This document shows positions 18,664 through 29,423 of a stretch of 64,000 nt of DNA, one piece after another (within the stretch, counting starts at the first letter, position 1; each line of letters begins with the position of its first letter). A program made the translations under genes and the position numbers. The notes below the pieces were generated by a model. The model had not been told where the DNA came from and searched no databases. It saw only the letters and a program-made list of their open reading frames with translations. The stretch covers positions 78,309 to 142,308 of the forward strand of contig JBAQNP010000020.1 in NCBI GenBank assembly GCA_049303905.1. The letters run 5' to 3'. This stretch comes from Candidatus Moraniibacteriota bacterium. GTDB taxonomy: Bacteria; Patescibacteriota; Minisyncoccia; Moranbacterales; UBA2206.

Positions 18664-18730
18664 AAGTGTTAAGTTCACCCTGTTAAATTGTGTTTTTTAT
18701 TTAATAGGGTAACATGTTAAGTAACATAAA
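18664..18730. repeat. Island junction repeat interrupted by a 43-bp MITE-like palindrome
   Basis: GAAGTGTTAAGT | TCACCCTGTTAAAT…ATTTAATAGGGTAA | CATGTTAAGTAACA. The inner palindrome (18672-18714) carries the same termini as 40065-40208. Confidence 0.45.
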
Positions 18731-18739
18731 TATAAACAT

Positions 18740-18922
18740 ATGCCTACGCGAAAAATTGAGGAGAAAAATGTACGCAAGCTAACGAGGATGGGGAGAGAGG
18801 GAAGTAGCCTCGGGATGACCATCCCCAAAGAACTCGCTCAAGAACTTGGTTGGCGGGAGCGTCAGAAGGTGGTGGTGAAAAAAGTTGGGAAGAATCTTGT
18901 AATTAGTGATTGGAAAAAATAA
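18740..18922 (+). CDS. AbrB/MazE/SpoVT-type small DNA-binding protein
   Basis: 60 aa; LTRMGREGSSLGMTIPKELAQELG…VVV…LVIS swapped-hairpin pattern. Locally GC-rich relative to its neighbours. Confidence 0.5.
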   Translation: MPTRKIEEKNVRKLTRMGREGSSLGMTIPKELAQELGWRERQKVVVKKVGKNLVISDWKK

Positions 18923-18937
18923 ATTTTTATAAAAATT

Positions 18938-20515
18938 ATGACCGAAGAACAAAAAAAGACTTTGGAGCGACAACTTTGGGGCGTGGCAAATGTTCTCAGA
19001 GGCAAGATGAATGCCGATGAATATAAAAATTATATTCTTGGCTTTATTTTCTATAAGTATCTCTCGGAGAAACTGGAACGCTATGTTGATACAAAACTCC
19101 TTGTGCGAGATAAGATTAAATTTTCTGAGATAAAAGAAAATACCAAGGAGGGAAAAGAATATTTGGAACACACGAAAAAGGCTTGTATCGATGAGCTGGG
19201 TTTTTTCCTGCGACCAACTGAACTTTTTTCCTATCTAGTCAAGAAAGGCAGAGGCGAGATTAAAAATGAAAAAACATTTATCATTGAAGATTTGAAAAAT
19301 ATCCTAAATGATATTGAAAAGACTTCTGCAGGAACAGCTAGTGAAGATGATTTCAAGGGCTTATTTGATGATATGGATTTGACTTCAACTAAGCTTGGTT
19401 CCAGGGAGAATGAAAAAAATGAAGTGGTGGTGGAGGTGCTCACTTTGCTTGACGGGATTGATTTTCAATTAGAAAACGCCAAAAGTGATTTGCTTGGTGA
19501 TGCCTATGAATATTTGATTGGAGAATTTGCCGCTGGAGCGGGGAAAAAGGGTGGTGAATTTTATACACCGGCTCAAGTATCGAGGCTTTTGGCTCAAATT
19601 GTTTCATTAGGTGAAACAAGGATTAAATCTGCCTATGATGCAACTTGCGGATCAGGATCTCTCTTGCTTCGTTTAGCAGAATTCACTAATGTGGCAAATT
19701 ATTATGGCCAAGAACTTAATCCGACAACATATAATCTGGCTCGAATGAATATGATTTTGCACGGAGTGCATTTTGATCATTTTTCAATTCTTAAAGGCGA
19801 TACACTTAAGGAAGATATGCATCCAGATCTTAAGGCACAAGCAATAGTCGCAAATCCACCTTTTTCATTAAAGTGGAAAGGAGACAGTGATCCACAATTG
19901 ATACATGATGAGCGTTTTTCACAATATGGTCGACTGGCTCCAAAAGATAGAGCTGATTATGCTTTTGTGACGCATATGCTTTATCACTTGGCTGACAACG
20001 GAACTATGGCGGTAGTATTGCCCCATGGTGTTCTTTTTGCAGGTGGAGCGAATCTTACAATTAGACAATATATCATAGAGAAACAGAATTATTTGGATAC
20101 TGTCATAGGTCTTCCTGCGAATTTATTTTATGGAGCTGCTATCCCAGCTACCGTTCTTGTTTTCAAAAAATGTCGTCGTGAAGATGAAGATATTTTGTTC
20201 ATTGATGCTTCAAAAGAATTTGAAAAAGGTAAAAATCAAAATCATTTGACCAATGAAAATCTGGAAAAGATTTTTGATACTTATAAAAATCGCCAAGAAA
20301 TTGAAAAATATTCCCATCGAGCGAGTCTTTCCGAAATAAAAGAAAACGAATTCAATCTCAATATTCCACGATATGTGGACACCTTTGAAGAAGAGGAGGC
20401 GATTGATATTGATGCAGTGGCAAAGAATTTGAAAGAATTGAACAAGAAAGAACTTGAATTTCAAGAAAAAATTGCAGGTTTTTGTGAGGAGTTGAAAATT
20501 GATAAGCCTTTTTAA
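18938..20515 (+). CDS. hsdM: Type I restriction-modification system, methyltransferase subunit
   Basis: N-terminal HsdM domain, motif I DATCGSGSLL, motif IV VANPPFS. Confidence 0.9.
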   Translation: MTEEQKKTLERQLWGVANVLRGKMNADEYKNYILGFIFYKYLSEKLERYVDTKLLVRDKIKFSEIKENTKEGKEYLEHTKKACIDELGFFLRPTELFSYLVKKGRGEIKNEKTFIIEDLKNILNDIEKTSAGTASEDDFKGLFDDMDLTSTKLGSRENEKNEVVVEVLTLLDGIDFQLENAKSDLLGDAYEYLIGEFAAGAGKKGGEFYTPAQVSRLLAQIVSLGETRIKSAYDATCGSGSLLLRLAEFTNVANYYGQELNPTTYNLARMNMILHGVHFDHFSILKGDTLKEDMHPDLKAQAIVANPPFSLKWKGDSDPQLIHDERFSQYGRLAPKDRADYAFVTHMLYHLADNGTMAVVLPHGVLFAGGANLTIRQYIIEKQNYLDTVIGLPANLFYGAAIPATVLVFKKCRREDEDILFIDASKEFEKGKNQNHLTNENLEKIFDTYKNRQEIEKYSHRASLSEIKENEFNLNIPRYVDTFEEEEAIDIDAVAKNLKELNKKELEFQEKIAGFCEELKIDKPF

Positions 20516-20523
20516 TAAGAAGT

Positions 20524-21099
20524 ATGAATTTAGATTTTCCAACAAGATTTTTAAAGAAGCTGGATATTTATCAGCAAATTAGAAATGGACAAGGTATTTC
20601 TAAGCATAAGAAATTATGGAAATACGAGGCTGCTTTTTTGCAGATTGCTTACGGCAATAGTCATCAATTTCTCAATGAATGTCCCAATGATGATATGGTA
20701 AAGGATTGGATAAAAAGAATAGAGAATGATTATGATGGTGACGCACTTCCTCAAGTTATTGGGAATTTAATTTGGCGAGGATATTTAATAAAAAAAGATA
20801 GTAGTACTTATAATATTACTAAAGAAGGATTGTTTGTTGGCGAAGTAGTAGCGGATATAAATAATAAAAGTTGTATTATTAAATTTTGGAATAAATATAG
20901 GTATAGTTTAATACTGGATTTGCTTTGGCTTGTAATAGCCATCGCTTTAATAAAATTATTTTTTCCTGAAAAATTTTTAAATGATATTCAAACATTCTTA
21001 CATTTAAATTCCATAAAAAATTATTTTATTGCAATTTTTATAGCATGGCCACTGTTTAATTGGATTTATAGAAGTTTTTATTCGGCGTTAGAAAAATAA
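20524..21099 (+). CDS. Hypothetical protein embedded in the hsd operon (two C-terminal TM helices)
   Basis: 191 aa; hydrophobic stretches LILDLLWLVIAIALIKLFF and YFIAIFIAWPLFNWIY. Confidence 0.4.
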   Translation: MNLDFPTRFLKKLDIYQQIRNGQGISKHKKLWKYEAAFLQIAYGNSHQFLNECPNDDMVKDWIKRIENDYDGDALPQVIGNLIWRGYLIKKDSSTYNITKEGLFVGEVVADINNKSCIIKFWNKYRYSLILDLLWLVIAIALIKLFFPEKFLNDIQTFLHLNSIKNYFIAIFIAWPLFNWIYRSFYSALEK

Positions 21100-21101
21100 A
21101 T

Positions 21102-22292
21102 ATGATAACCTTAGCTAAAACCAAAAATATTCCAAAACTTCGCTTTCCGGGTTTTTCTGATGAATGGGAAGAAAAGAAAATAAAAGATTTATTTGCTTTT
21201 AAGCAAGGAATTCAGGCTTCTGTAGAAACTCAATTATTTGAAAATATTTTTGGCACTGTAAGATTTATTAGGATTATTGATATAACACAATCAATAGAAT
21301 CTCCACGTTTCATTAAGGATCCTGGAAATATTTATCATGTGAGAAAAGAAGATTTATTTATGGTTAGATATGGCACACCCGGATTAATTTCAATCGGATA
21401 TGAAGGTGTAATTGCGAATAATCTCTTTCGATTAATTCCTGAACATAATAAACAAATAGATACAAAATTTTACTATTATAAATTTAAGCAGTTGGAAAAA
21501 AATATCTTAGCACTTTCAGGATCTTCTTCCATGCCAGCAATTAGTTTTTCAACATTAAATAACATAAAATTGCCAAAACCAATATTGGCTGAACAACAAA
21601 GGGTTGCTGAATTTTTGAGTTCAGTGGATGAGTGGATTTCTGATTTGCGAGGGCAAAAGGAAAGTTTGGAAAAATATAAAAAAGGAATGATGCAGAAAAT
21701 ATTTTCTCAAGAGATTAGATTCAAAGATGAAAATGGAAAGAATTTTCCGGAGTGGGAGGAAAAGAAGTTGGGGGATATTGGAAAGTTTTGGAATGGCAAA
21801 GCTCATGAACAAGAGATTTCTGAGAATGGAAAATATATTGTAATAAATTCAAAATTTATTTCACAAAATGGTAAGGTGAAAAAATATTCAAATAGCCAAA
21901 ATTCACCGCTTAAAAAAGATGATGTTGCTATTGTGATGAGTGATATTCCAAATGGTAAGGCTATTGGTAAATGCTTTTTGGTTGATAAAGATAATTTTTA
22001 CACACTAAATCAAAGAATTGGCGGTATTAAATCATCGGAGATTTTAAGTTCTTTTCTAATCCGAATATTAAGTCGAAATAAATATTTTTTGAAATTTGAT
22101 AATGGAGTAAGTCAAACGAATTTAAGGAAGGATGATATTCTAAGATGCCCAGTCGTATTTCCAATTATTCAGGAACAACAAAAAATTTCTGAATTTTTGG
22201 GATCAATTGATAATTTAATAGAATCTAAGCAACAACAAATAACTCAAGCTGAGCAGTGGAAAAAAGGTTTGATGCAGGGGTTGTTTGTATAA
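21102..22292 (+). CDS. hsdS: Type I restriction-modification system, specificity subunit
   Basis: Two target-recognition-domain halves, each followed by a conserved coiled region (…LISDLRGQKESLEKYKKGMMQKIF… and …QQQITQAEQWKKGLMQGLF). Confidence 0.8.
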   Translation: MITLAKTKNIPKLRFPGFSDEWEEKKIKDLFAFKQGIQASVETQLFENIFGTVRFIRIIDITQSIESPRFIKDPGNIYHVRKEDLFMVRYGTPGLISIGYEGVIANNLFRLIPEHNKQIDTKFYYYKFKQLEKNILALSGSSSMPAISFSTLNNIKLPKPILAEQQRVAEFLSSVDEWISDLRGQKESLEKYKKGMMQKIFSQEIRFKDENGKNFPEWEEKKLGDIGKFWNGKAHEQEISENGKYIVINSKFISQNGKVKKYSNSQNSPLKKDDVAIVMSDIPNGKAIGKCFLVDKDNFYTLNQRIGGIKSSEILSSFLIRILSRNKYFLKFDNGVSQTNLRKDDILRCPVVFPIIQEQQKISEFLGSIDNLIESKQQQITQAEQWKKGLMQGLFV

Positions 22293-22295
22293 ATT

Positions 22296-24125
22296 ATGAG
22301 TATAAATAAACACATCGAAGAATATCTAGATTATTATTGTGATTTCGCAAAAGATCTGCCGTTTGCTGTTTTGCTAAAAGGAAAATGGGGTTGTGGAAAA
22401 ACTTATTTTATAAAGAATTATATTGACCTAAGGAAAGATAAGAAAATTTTGCATGTTAGCTTATATGGCGTTGACAGTTTTAATGGGGTAAAAGAAAAAA
22501 TAATTATTGAATTGCTTCCATTCATCCCAGAAAAATATAGTAATTTTGCAAGTATCCTATATAAAAATATAAAAAAAATACCAAAAATTAGAGATTGGGT
22601 TCCATCTGATGCGGATGAGTTGTTAGTTGATATTTTTTTAAAAAAAAGTAATGGGTGCGTATTTGTCTTTGATGATCTTGAGAGATGTAATATAGAAATT
22701 GATAAACTACTTGGGTATATAAATAATTTTGTAGAATTTAAAAATCAAAAAGTTATTTTAATTGCAAATGAAGAAAATATATTAGACTCAAAAAGTGGTG
22801 ATAAATACAGGAAAATCAAAGAAAAATTAATCGGAAAAGAATTTTATATTAATCCTTCCCGGGAAGAGGCCATAATTCTATTTATCGAAGAAATAACAGA
22901 TGAAGGTCTAGGAAAATATTTAGAAAATATAAAAAAAATTCTTTCAGAAATATTTATTCAATCTAAATGCGATAATTTGAGATTAATTCAGCAAGCATTA
23001 TTTAATTTTGAATACTACTTTAAAAGTTTTTCAAGTAAGGCCAAGGAAGACGTTGAATTATTCGAAAGGATGTTTTATGAATTTATTGTAATTTTTATTG
23101 AGCATAAGAAAGGAGAAATAAAGAGTGATGAATTTTTCAAGGAATACCCCCAATTTTTTAAAGGATTACATGCAGATAAGGAAGTTATTCATTGTCTGGA
23201 TAAATATAAGTACGGGCTATCTAGTTGGCTTACTTGTTTTGATGTAAGTGTGTTAGGTAAGATTTTGCAAGGGATTGATTTATCTGAGAGTGAGAAGGCC
23301 GAAATGATTAGTAGATTTGAAAATTTTTCAGATGTCAACAAGGAATCTTGGCAAAAAACATGGTATCTTTATGAGCAGAGTGACGAAATTTTTTTCGAAA
23401 ATTTATTGGATGTTCAGGGAAAATGGGCAAAAAAAGAATATCTTGACCTATCTGTGGTTCTGCATGTTTTTGGGATGTTCTTAGATTTTTCTAAAAATGA
23501 ATTATTTCAAAAAACTAAAGAAGAAATATTAAAGGAAGGTAGGGAGTATATCGAATTTTTAATCGAAAAAGAAAAAATCCCTTTGAATATAAGGGAACAG
23601 AACGCAGGATTTAGTTGGAGGGAAAGTGCTTATGGTCTTCAATATACTGGAATGCAAAATGAAGAATGGAAAGAATTAATAAAATTTGTAGATGAAAAGC
23701 TGGAAAACCTAAAAGGAACTTATATTAAACAAAAAATTAAAGATGAATTGATGCCAATTCTAAGAGGAGAAAAAAGCTCTGAGCAGAGTTTGGATTTGTT
23801 GATGAATTATAATTTTTTTCATCATAATGGGAATAGAGAATCATATTTTCAATATTTTGATGTAAACGAAATAGTAAGTATTTTAATTGAGGGTGATCGT
23901 ATGTTTTTAGCTGCTTTGAAAAAAACTTTCAAAGAAAGATTTGAAAAAATGTCAACGCAGATAAGTGGTATTGAGCAAGAACTGCCATTTCTTGAAAAGT
24001 TAAATAAAGAGCTAGAAAATGAGATTAAAAAAATAGAAGAAAAATTTGGAAATAAAAAAACGCCAAGATCACTTTTAATAAAAAGTTTTATTAATGAAGC
24101 AATAAAGCCATTCATAAAAAAATAA
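22296..24125 (+). CDS. KAP-family P-loop NTPase
   Basis: KAP-type Walker [15 protein letters not shown] (GxWGxGKT) and Walker [10 protein letters not shown]; long helical C-terminal half. Sits between hsdS and hsdR, the PrrC position of prr-type loci. Confidence 0.6.
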   Translation: MSINKHIEEYLDYYCDFAKDLPFAVLLKGKWGCGKTYFIKNYIDLRKDKKILHVSLYGVDSFNGVKEKIIIELLPFIPEKYSNFASILYKNIKKIPKIRDWVPSDADELLVDIFLKKSNGCVFVFDDLERCNIEIDKLLGYINNFVEFKNQKVILIANEENILDSKSGDKYRKIKEKLIGKEFYINPSREEAIILFIEEITDEGLGKYLENIKKILSEIFIQSKCDNLRLIQQALFNFEYYFKSFSSKAKEDVELFERMFYEFIVIFIEHKKGEIKSDEFFKEYPQFFKGLHADKEVIHCLDKYKYGLSSWLTCFDVSVLGKILQGIDLSESEKAEMISRFENFSDVNKESWQKTWYLYEQSDEIFFENLLDVQGKWAKKEYLDLSVVLHVFGMFLDFSKNELFQKTKEEILKEGREYIEFLIEKEKIPLNIREQNAGFSWRESAYGLQYTGMQNEEWKELIKFVDEKLENLKGTYIKQKIKDELMPILRGEKSSEQSLDLLMNYNFFHHNGNRESYFQYFDVNEIVSILIEGDRMFLAALKKTFKERFEKMSTQISGIEQELPFLEKLNKELENEIKKIEEKFGNKKTPRSLLIKSFINEAIKPFIKK

Positions 24126-24126
24126 T

Positions 24127-26925
24127 ATGACACACCAATCTGAACAAAAACTCGAAAAAACTCTAATCTCCCAACTTAATCGTTTGGGATTTGAGAGTGT
24201 GCAAATTGAAGACAATAATGCTTTGCAAAAAAATCTCAAAATCCAGCTGGAAAAATTTAATAAGATAACTTTTTCCGATGATGAATTTGTTCGCATTCTA
24301 AATCACGTTGAAAAAGGCGATCGATTCTATAAGGCAAAAACACTGCGTGATAGATTTGCATTAAAAAGAGACAACGAGGAGACTTTTTTTGTACGATTTT
24401 TTAATATGGATCAGTGGTGCAAAAATGAATATCAAGTAACACAGCAAATCACTCAAGTTGGAAGATATGAAAATCGCTATGATGTGACACTCTTGGTTAA
24501 TGGTTTGCCTTTGGTGCAAATCGAACTCAAACGCCGAGGGATGGAACTCAAAGAAGCTTTCAATCAAATTCAACGCTATCACAAGCATTCATTTACGGGA
24601 ACACTGTTTGAATATATTCAAATTTTTGTGATTTCCAATGGAGTAAATACTAAATATTTTTCTAATAATCCCAAGCAAACATTTGAACAGACTTTTTATT
24701 GGACAGATGCGGAGAATCGCAAAATTACCAAGCTGGATGAATTTGCGGAAATATTTTTGGCAAAATGCACAGTTTCGGAAATGATTGCGGAATATATCGT
24801 GCTCGCTGAGGCGATCAAGATTCCAATGACCCTTCGTCCATATCAATATTACGCTGTTCGAGCAATTGAAGATCGAGTGCGGGAATCAAACAAGAATGGT
24901 TATATCTGGCACACGACTGGAAGTGGCAAAACGCTCACTTCATATAAAGCTAGTCAAATACTTTCGAAGATTCCTGAAGTGAAGAAAGTGCTTTTTGTGG
25001 TAGATCGAAAAGATCTAGATATTCAAACGACTAAAGAATTCAATTCTTTTTCAGAAGGAGCAGTGGATGGCACAGGTAATACACATAGTCTGGTGAAACA
25101 ATTGGCGGACAAAAACCGAAAACTAATTGTGACAACAATTCAAAAATTGGACATTGCAATTGGTCGAGAAGTCTATCTCAAACAATTTGAATATTTGCAA
25201 AATGAAAAAGTGGTAATTATTTTTGACGAATGTCACCGCAGTCAATTTGGACAAACTCACGCGAGGATCAAAGGATTTTTCACTCAAGCACAATTGTTTG
25301 GATTTACTGGAACTCCAATTTTTGCGGATAACAATGTGGGTGGAGTGACAACAGTAGATGTGTTTGGGGAATGCTTGCATAAATATATTATTACCCATGC
25401 GATTTCTGATAATAATGTGCTGGGTTTTGCGGTTGAATATGTCGGGAAATATAAGCAGAAAGATCCAGACACACTGGATGCGGATATTTTTGCTGAAACT
25501 TTAGTGAAGGGGGTTGATACTAGGGAAGTATTGGAAAGTGATGATCGACTAAACAAAATTACAGACTATGTTTTGGCAGATTGGAAACGAAAAACAAAAA
25601 ATGGAAAGTTCAATGCAATCATGGCTGTTTCTTCTGTTGAAGTTTTGAAGAAATATTATAAATTACTAAAGGCTAAAAAAGCAGAAGATTTTTCCATTGC
25701 CACGATTTTTACTTATAAAGCCAATGAGGATGAGAGTTCGGATATGCTGGATGTGGATATTTTTGGCGATGAAAATTCTACCATCAATAAGCACTCCAGA
25801 GATTTTTTGGAGGAGTGTATTAAGGATTATAACAAGCGATACTTAACAAATTTTTCCACCGATCGTTTCTATGATTATTATCGAGATTTGCAAAAGCGAA
25901 TCAAAGAAAAGCAAGTGGATTTGGTGTTGGTGGTGAATATGTTTTTGACTGGATTTGATAGCCCACGGCTTAATACTTTGTATGTGGATAAAAACTTACG
26001 CTATCATGGATTGATTCAGGCCTATTCTAGAACAAACCGGCTTTTGAATTCTGATAAACCACACGGGAACATTGTAACATTTAGAAATCTGAAAGAAGCA
26101 ACTGATAGAGCCTTGGCACTTTTTGGTGATGAGAATGCTAAAGAAGTGGTGTTTAAGAAACCTTATGAAGTGCAGAAAAAAGAATTTGAAGACAAGTTGG
26201 CGGAGCTCAAAGAAAAAGTCCCAACAGTTTTCAGTGTTGATGAACTGAAAGGGGAGGAAGAAAAAGCAGAATTTGTGAAAACATTTCGAGATTTGCTTCG
26301 CATCAAATCATCGCTGGAAACATTTGCTGATTTTTCATTTAAGGATCTTGGAATAACGGAGCAAGAATTTTATGATTATCAAAGTAAATATTTAGATGTC
26401 TATGAAGATCGAAAAAACAATGACAGCGGAGTCGAATCAATTTTAGATCAGATAGATTTTGAAATTGAACTCACGGTGAGGGATGTGATTGATTTTGATT
26501 ATATCATTCAGCTTATTGCCGGACTTAAAAATATTAGTTCTGATGTGGTTCGTAAAAAGAAAACAGAAGAGATTTTGCGTTTGTTTGATCGGGATGTCCA
26601 ATTGCGAAAGAAGAAAGATTTGATCAAGAAATTTATCGAAGAGAATTTACCACGCATTGGCAAGTCGGATGATGTAGAAAAAGCCTTCAGTGATTTTTGG
26701 GCTAGTGAGCGTGCGGATAGCCTTAAGATTATTGCCAAGAATGAAAATATTCCAGTAGAGAAATTTGAACATTTGATTGGCGAATATCTATACACTCAAA
26801 AACTTCCTAATGGTCAGGATATTGTCGAGATGTTGCCAGAAGTGCCAATGATTAGAGAGCGACAAGGAATCATCGATCGTATCAAGGGAGCAATTGAAAA
26901 TATTGTGGATATGTTTGAGTGGTAG
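24127..26925 (+). CDS. hsdR: Type I restriction enzyme, R subunit
   Basis: N-terminal nuclease region, helicase motif I HTTGSGKT, motif [11 protein letters not shown]-terminal helical domain; 932 aa. Confidence 0.9.
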   Translation: MTHQSEQKLEKTLISQLNRLGFESVQIEDNNALQKNLKIQLEKFNKITFSDDEFVRILNHVEKGDRFYKAKTLRDRFALKRDNEETFFVRFFNMDQWCKNEYQVTQQITQVGRYENRYDVTLLVNGLPLVQIELKRRGMELKEAFNQIQRYHKHSFTGTLFEYIQIFVISNGVNTKYFSNNPKQTFEQTFYWTDAENRKITKLDEFAEIFLAKCTVSEMIAEYIVLAEAIKIPMTLRPYQYYAVRAIEDRVRESNKNGYIWHTTGSGKTLTSYKASQILSKIPEVKKVLFVVDRKDLDIQTTKEFNSFSEGAVDGTGNTHSLVKQLADKNRKLIVTTIQKLDIAIGREVYLKQFEYLQNEKVVIIFDECHRSQFGQTHARIKGFFTQAQLFGFTGTPIFADNNVGGVTTVDVFGECLHKYIITHAISDNNVLGFAVEYVGKYKQKDPDTLDADIFAETLVKGVDTREVLESDDRLNKITDYVLADWKRKTKNGKFNAIMAVSSVEVLKKYYKLLKAKKAEDFSIATIFTYKANEDESSDMLDVDIFGDENSTINKHSRDFLEECIKDYNKRYLTNFSTDRFYDYYRDLQKRIKEKQVDLVLVVNMFLTGFDSPRLNTLYVDKNLRYHGLIQAYSRTNRLLNSDKPHGNIVTFRNLKEATDRALALFGDENAKEVVFKKPYEVQKKEFEDKLAELKEKVPTVFSVDELKGEEEKAEFVKTFRDLLRIKSSLETFADFSFKDLGITEQEFYDYQSKYLDVYEDRKNNDSGVESILDQIDFEIELTVRDVIDFDYIIQLIAGLKNISSDVVRKKKTEEILRLFDRDVQLRKKKDLIKKFIEENLPRIGKSDDVEKAFSDFWASERADSLKIIAKNENIPVEKFEHLIGEYLYTQKLPNGQDIVEMLPEVPMIRERQGIIDRIKGAIENIVDMFEW

Positions 26926-26962
26926 AAGTTTTTTGTTCAGTAACATGTTAAGTAACACTTTT
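26926..26962. repeat. Island junction repeat (short form)
   Basis: TTTTTGTTCAGTAACATGTTAAGTAACACTTTTT immediately after the hsdR stop. Confidence 0.45.
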
Positions 26963-26973
26963 TAAAAAAAACT

Positions 26974-27627
26974 ATGAATAAAAAGAAAATAATTGAAGCT
27001 ACTAAAGATTATGTAAAACTGAAAATGGAAGGGGATGGTTCGGGGCATGATTTTTGGCATGTTTATCGAGTTTGGAAAATGGCAATGCAAATTGGCAAAA
27101 AAGAAAAAGCGGATATGTTCATAGTTGAGCTCGGCGCGTTGCTTCATGATATTGCTGATTTTAAATTTAATAATGGTGATGATACTGTTGGAGCGAAAGT
27201 TTCTCGGGCTTGGCTAGAAAAACAGAAGGTAGATGAAAAGATAATTAAACACGTATGCAATATTGTTAATGGTGTGTCCTTTAAGGGAGCTGGAGTAAAA
27301 TCAGAAATTAAAACTAAGGAAGGGATGGTAGTTCAAGATGCTGATAGACTAGATGCCTTAGGAGCAATTGGAATAGCTAGAGTTTTTGCTTATGGTGGAA
27401 CTAAGGGAAGAGAAATATATAACCCAGAAATTAAACCTACAAAAAGCAAGTCATTTGAGGAATATAAAAAAGCTAACATAACCAGTATTAATCATTTTTA
27501 CGAAAAATTACTCTTACTTAAAGATTTGATGAATACTAAAACAGGCAAAAAGATGGCAAGTGAAAGGCATAAATTCACAAAACAGTATCTGGATAGATTT
27601 CTAAAAGAATGGGATGGAAAACTTTAA
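26974..27627 (+). CDS. HD-superfamily metal-dependent phosphohydrolase
   Basis: H…HD (GHDFWHVYRV…LLHDIADF) and a downstream DADRLDALG motif. Confidence 0.7.
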   Translation: MNKKKIIEATKDYVKLKMEGDGSGHDFWHVYRVWKMAMQIGKKEKADMFIVELGALLHDIADFKFNNGDDTVGAKVSRAWLEKQKVDEKIIKHVCNIVNGVSFKGAGVKSEIKTKEGMVVQDADRLDALGAIGIARVFAYGGTKGREIYNPEIKPTKSKSFEEYKKANITSINHFYEKLLLLKDLMNTKTGKKMASERHKFTKQYLDRFLKEWDGKL

Positions 27628-27630
27628 TAT

Positions 27631-27685
27631 AACTTTTTGTTCAGCCCACCTCATCGGCGGACAAATAACACTTTTTACATAAAAA
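27631..27685. repeat. Island junction repeat (long form)
   Basis: TTTTTGTTCAGCCCACCTCATCGGCGGACAAATAACACTTTTT; shares CCTCATCGGCGGACAA with 17862. Confidence 0.45.
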
Positions 27686-27883
27686 TATGACAGAAAAACA
27701 ACAACTTAATTTAGATTTTGAAAAAGCCGTTAGGATGATGGCGAAAACCAGAAAATTTCGATGATCCGATTTTTGAAAAATTAATTATGTAATTGTAAAT
27801 GAGAAGCTATCCACAGCCCAAGAGTTGCCAGGATTAGTTTAGAGTGATATAATATCATCATCATAATACTAAACTAAAAAAAT

Positions 27884-28738
27884 ATGACTAAAAAAACAAA
27901 AAATAATCTGGTAATTTTTGAGGAACATTCTGTTCGAAGAGAGTGGGATGGAAAAAAAGAAAAATGGTATTTTTCTGTTATCGATATCATTTCCGTGCTT
28001 GTTGAACAGCCTGATTTTAGAAAGGCAAAGAGTTATTGGACGACACTAAAAGGCCGACTCAAAAAGGAAGGCAGTGAGTTGGTCACAAAATGTGACCAAC
28101 TGAAAATGCAATCGGCTGACGGAAAATTTTATAAAACAGATGTAGCTAGCATAGAAACAATTTTGCGCTTAATTCAATCTATACCGAGCAAAAAAGCTGA
28201 GCCTTTCAAATTGTGGTTGGCAAAAGTGGGAAAGGAAAGAATTGATGAAATTGCTGATCCGGAATTAGCAGTCAGCAGAGCTAAGGGAATTTATGAGAAA
28301 AAAGGTTATCCAAAAGATTGGGTGGACAAGAGAATGAGAGGAATTGCTGTAAGGAATACTTTGACTGATGAGTGGAGTGAAAGAGATATAAAAAAAGGAA
28401 ATGAATTTGGAATTTTGACTAATGAGATTTATAAAAATACTTTTGATGAGGATTATAAGTCTCTAATGAAGATAAAGAATTTAGACAAGAAAAATAAGGA
28501 TAATTTGAGAGATCACATGGGGGATATTGAGTTGATTTTGACAATGTTGGCTGAGGCAACTTCTACTGACATTTCCAGATCAAAAAATTCAAAAGGATTG
28601 GAAGAGATCCGAATTGATGTCAAAAAAGGCGGAAAGATTGCAGGGGAGGCAAGGGAGAAAATTGAAAAAGAAACTAATCGGAAAGTTGTGATGAGAGGAA
28701 ATTTTAAAGAAGCGGGTGGTCAAAAAAAGTTGAAATAA
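27884..28738 (+). CDS. Bro-N-like domain protein (phage antirepressor-like N-terminus)
   Basis: The N-terminal ~120 aa (VRREWDGKKEKWYFSVIDIISVLV…) resemble a Bro-N fold; the C-terminal half is charged and helical. Confidence 0.35.
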   Translation: MTKKTKNNLVIFEEHSVRREWDGKKEKWYFSVIDIISVLVEQPDFRKAKSYWTTLKGRLKKEGSELVTKCDQLKMQSADGKFYKTDVASIETILRLIQSIPSKKAEPFKLWLAKVGKERIDEIADPELAVSRAKGIYEKKGYPKDWVDKRMRGIAVRNTLTDEWSERDIKKGNEFGILTNEIYKNTFDEDYKSLMKIKNLDKKNKDNLRDHMGDIELILTMLAEATSTDISRSKNSKGLEEIRIDVKKGGKIAGEAREKIEKETNRKVVMRGNFKEAGGQKKLK

Positions 28739-28747
28739 TTTTTTGTT

Positions 28748-28795
28748 CAGTAATATATTAAGTAACACCTTTTTAATTTTTGGATTATGTGACTA
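28748..28795. repeat. Island junction repeat (short form)
   Basis: TTTTTTGTTCAGTAATATATTAAGTAACACCTTTTT. Confidence 0.45.
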
Positions 28796-28850
28796 AAAAA
28801 TTTGATTGTTATTGGCTAACAACTCATTGCAAAGGCGATATTTCAGAAAT

Positions 28851-28880
28851 AAAAAAGACGGAAATTAATCCGTCTTTTTT
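28851..28880. terminator. Bidirectional terminator (AGACGG-…-CCGTCT flanked by A/T runs)
   Basis: AAAAAAGACGGAAATTAATCCGTCTTTTTT between convergent genes. Confidence 0.6.
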
Positions 28881-28896
28881 GCTATAAAAAGCTGTG

Positions 28897-29190
28897 TTAT
28901 TTTTTCTTCTTAGAAACTACTTTTTTGATTTCGGCTTTGGTTTTGACAACCTTTTCTTTCTTGGGTTTTTTGGCTACTTTTTTGGCGGCTGCTTTTTCGG
29001 CTAATTTCTTGAAACGATCAACTCGGCCCGTAGCGCCCATTTCTTTCTTTTTGCCGGTATAGAGCGGGTGGCAAGCGCCACAAATTTCGATTTTCATCTC
29101 CGGAACGGTTGAACCGGTTTCAATGACATTTCCGCAAGAACAGGTTATTTTTGCGTCAGAGTAGTACTTAGGATGGATGTTTTTCTTCAT
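28897..29190 (-). CDS. rpmE: 50S ribosomal protein L31 with Lys-rich C-terminal extension
   Basis: MKKNIHPKYYSDAKITCSCGNVIETGSTVPEMKIEICGACHPLYTGK is canonical L31. Confidence 0.85.
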   Translation of the reverse strand: MKKNIHPKYYSDAKITCSCGNVIETGSTVPEMKIEICGACHPLYTGKKKEMGATGRVDRFKKLAEKAAAKKVAKKPKKEKVVKTKAEIKKVVSKKKK

Positions 29191-29237
29191 AAAGTTAGGC
29201 AGGTTTTAGTTGTTTATACTAAGATAATTTAGCATAG

Positions 29238-29266
29238 CTTTTGAGAATTGACAAGGGGCGAGGTGG
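29238..29266 (+). promoter_or_regulatory. Sigma70-like promoter (TTGACA-17-TATATT) with a ~150-nt structured leader
   Basis: TTGACA 29238-29243, 17-nt spacer, TATATT 29261-29266, upstream of rpsB. Confidence 0.5.
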
Positions 29267-29423
29267 GTGGTATATTAGATAAGTCGTTTTATTTGATATG
29301 GAACGGCTAAAACACATACTTTCTTTGGATTCCGTCCTGATCCCTAAAAAAGGGATTTTAGGAGTCCAGCTTTTTAGTAGGCCAAGAGAAGGTAGCGGAG
29401 ATAATTAATTAAGGAAAAAAACA

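Noticed and set aside
17845-28795. Calling the island a bona fide integron
   Set aside because: No intI-like integrase or Pc/attI is present in the window, and the junction repeats (35-55 bp) are shorter than typical attC sites. It is kept as a finding, not annotated as an integron.
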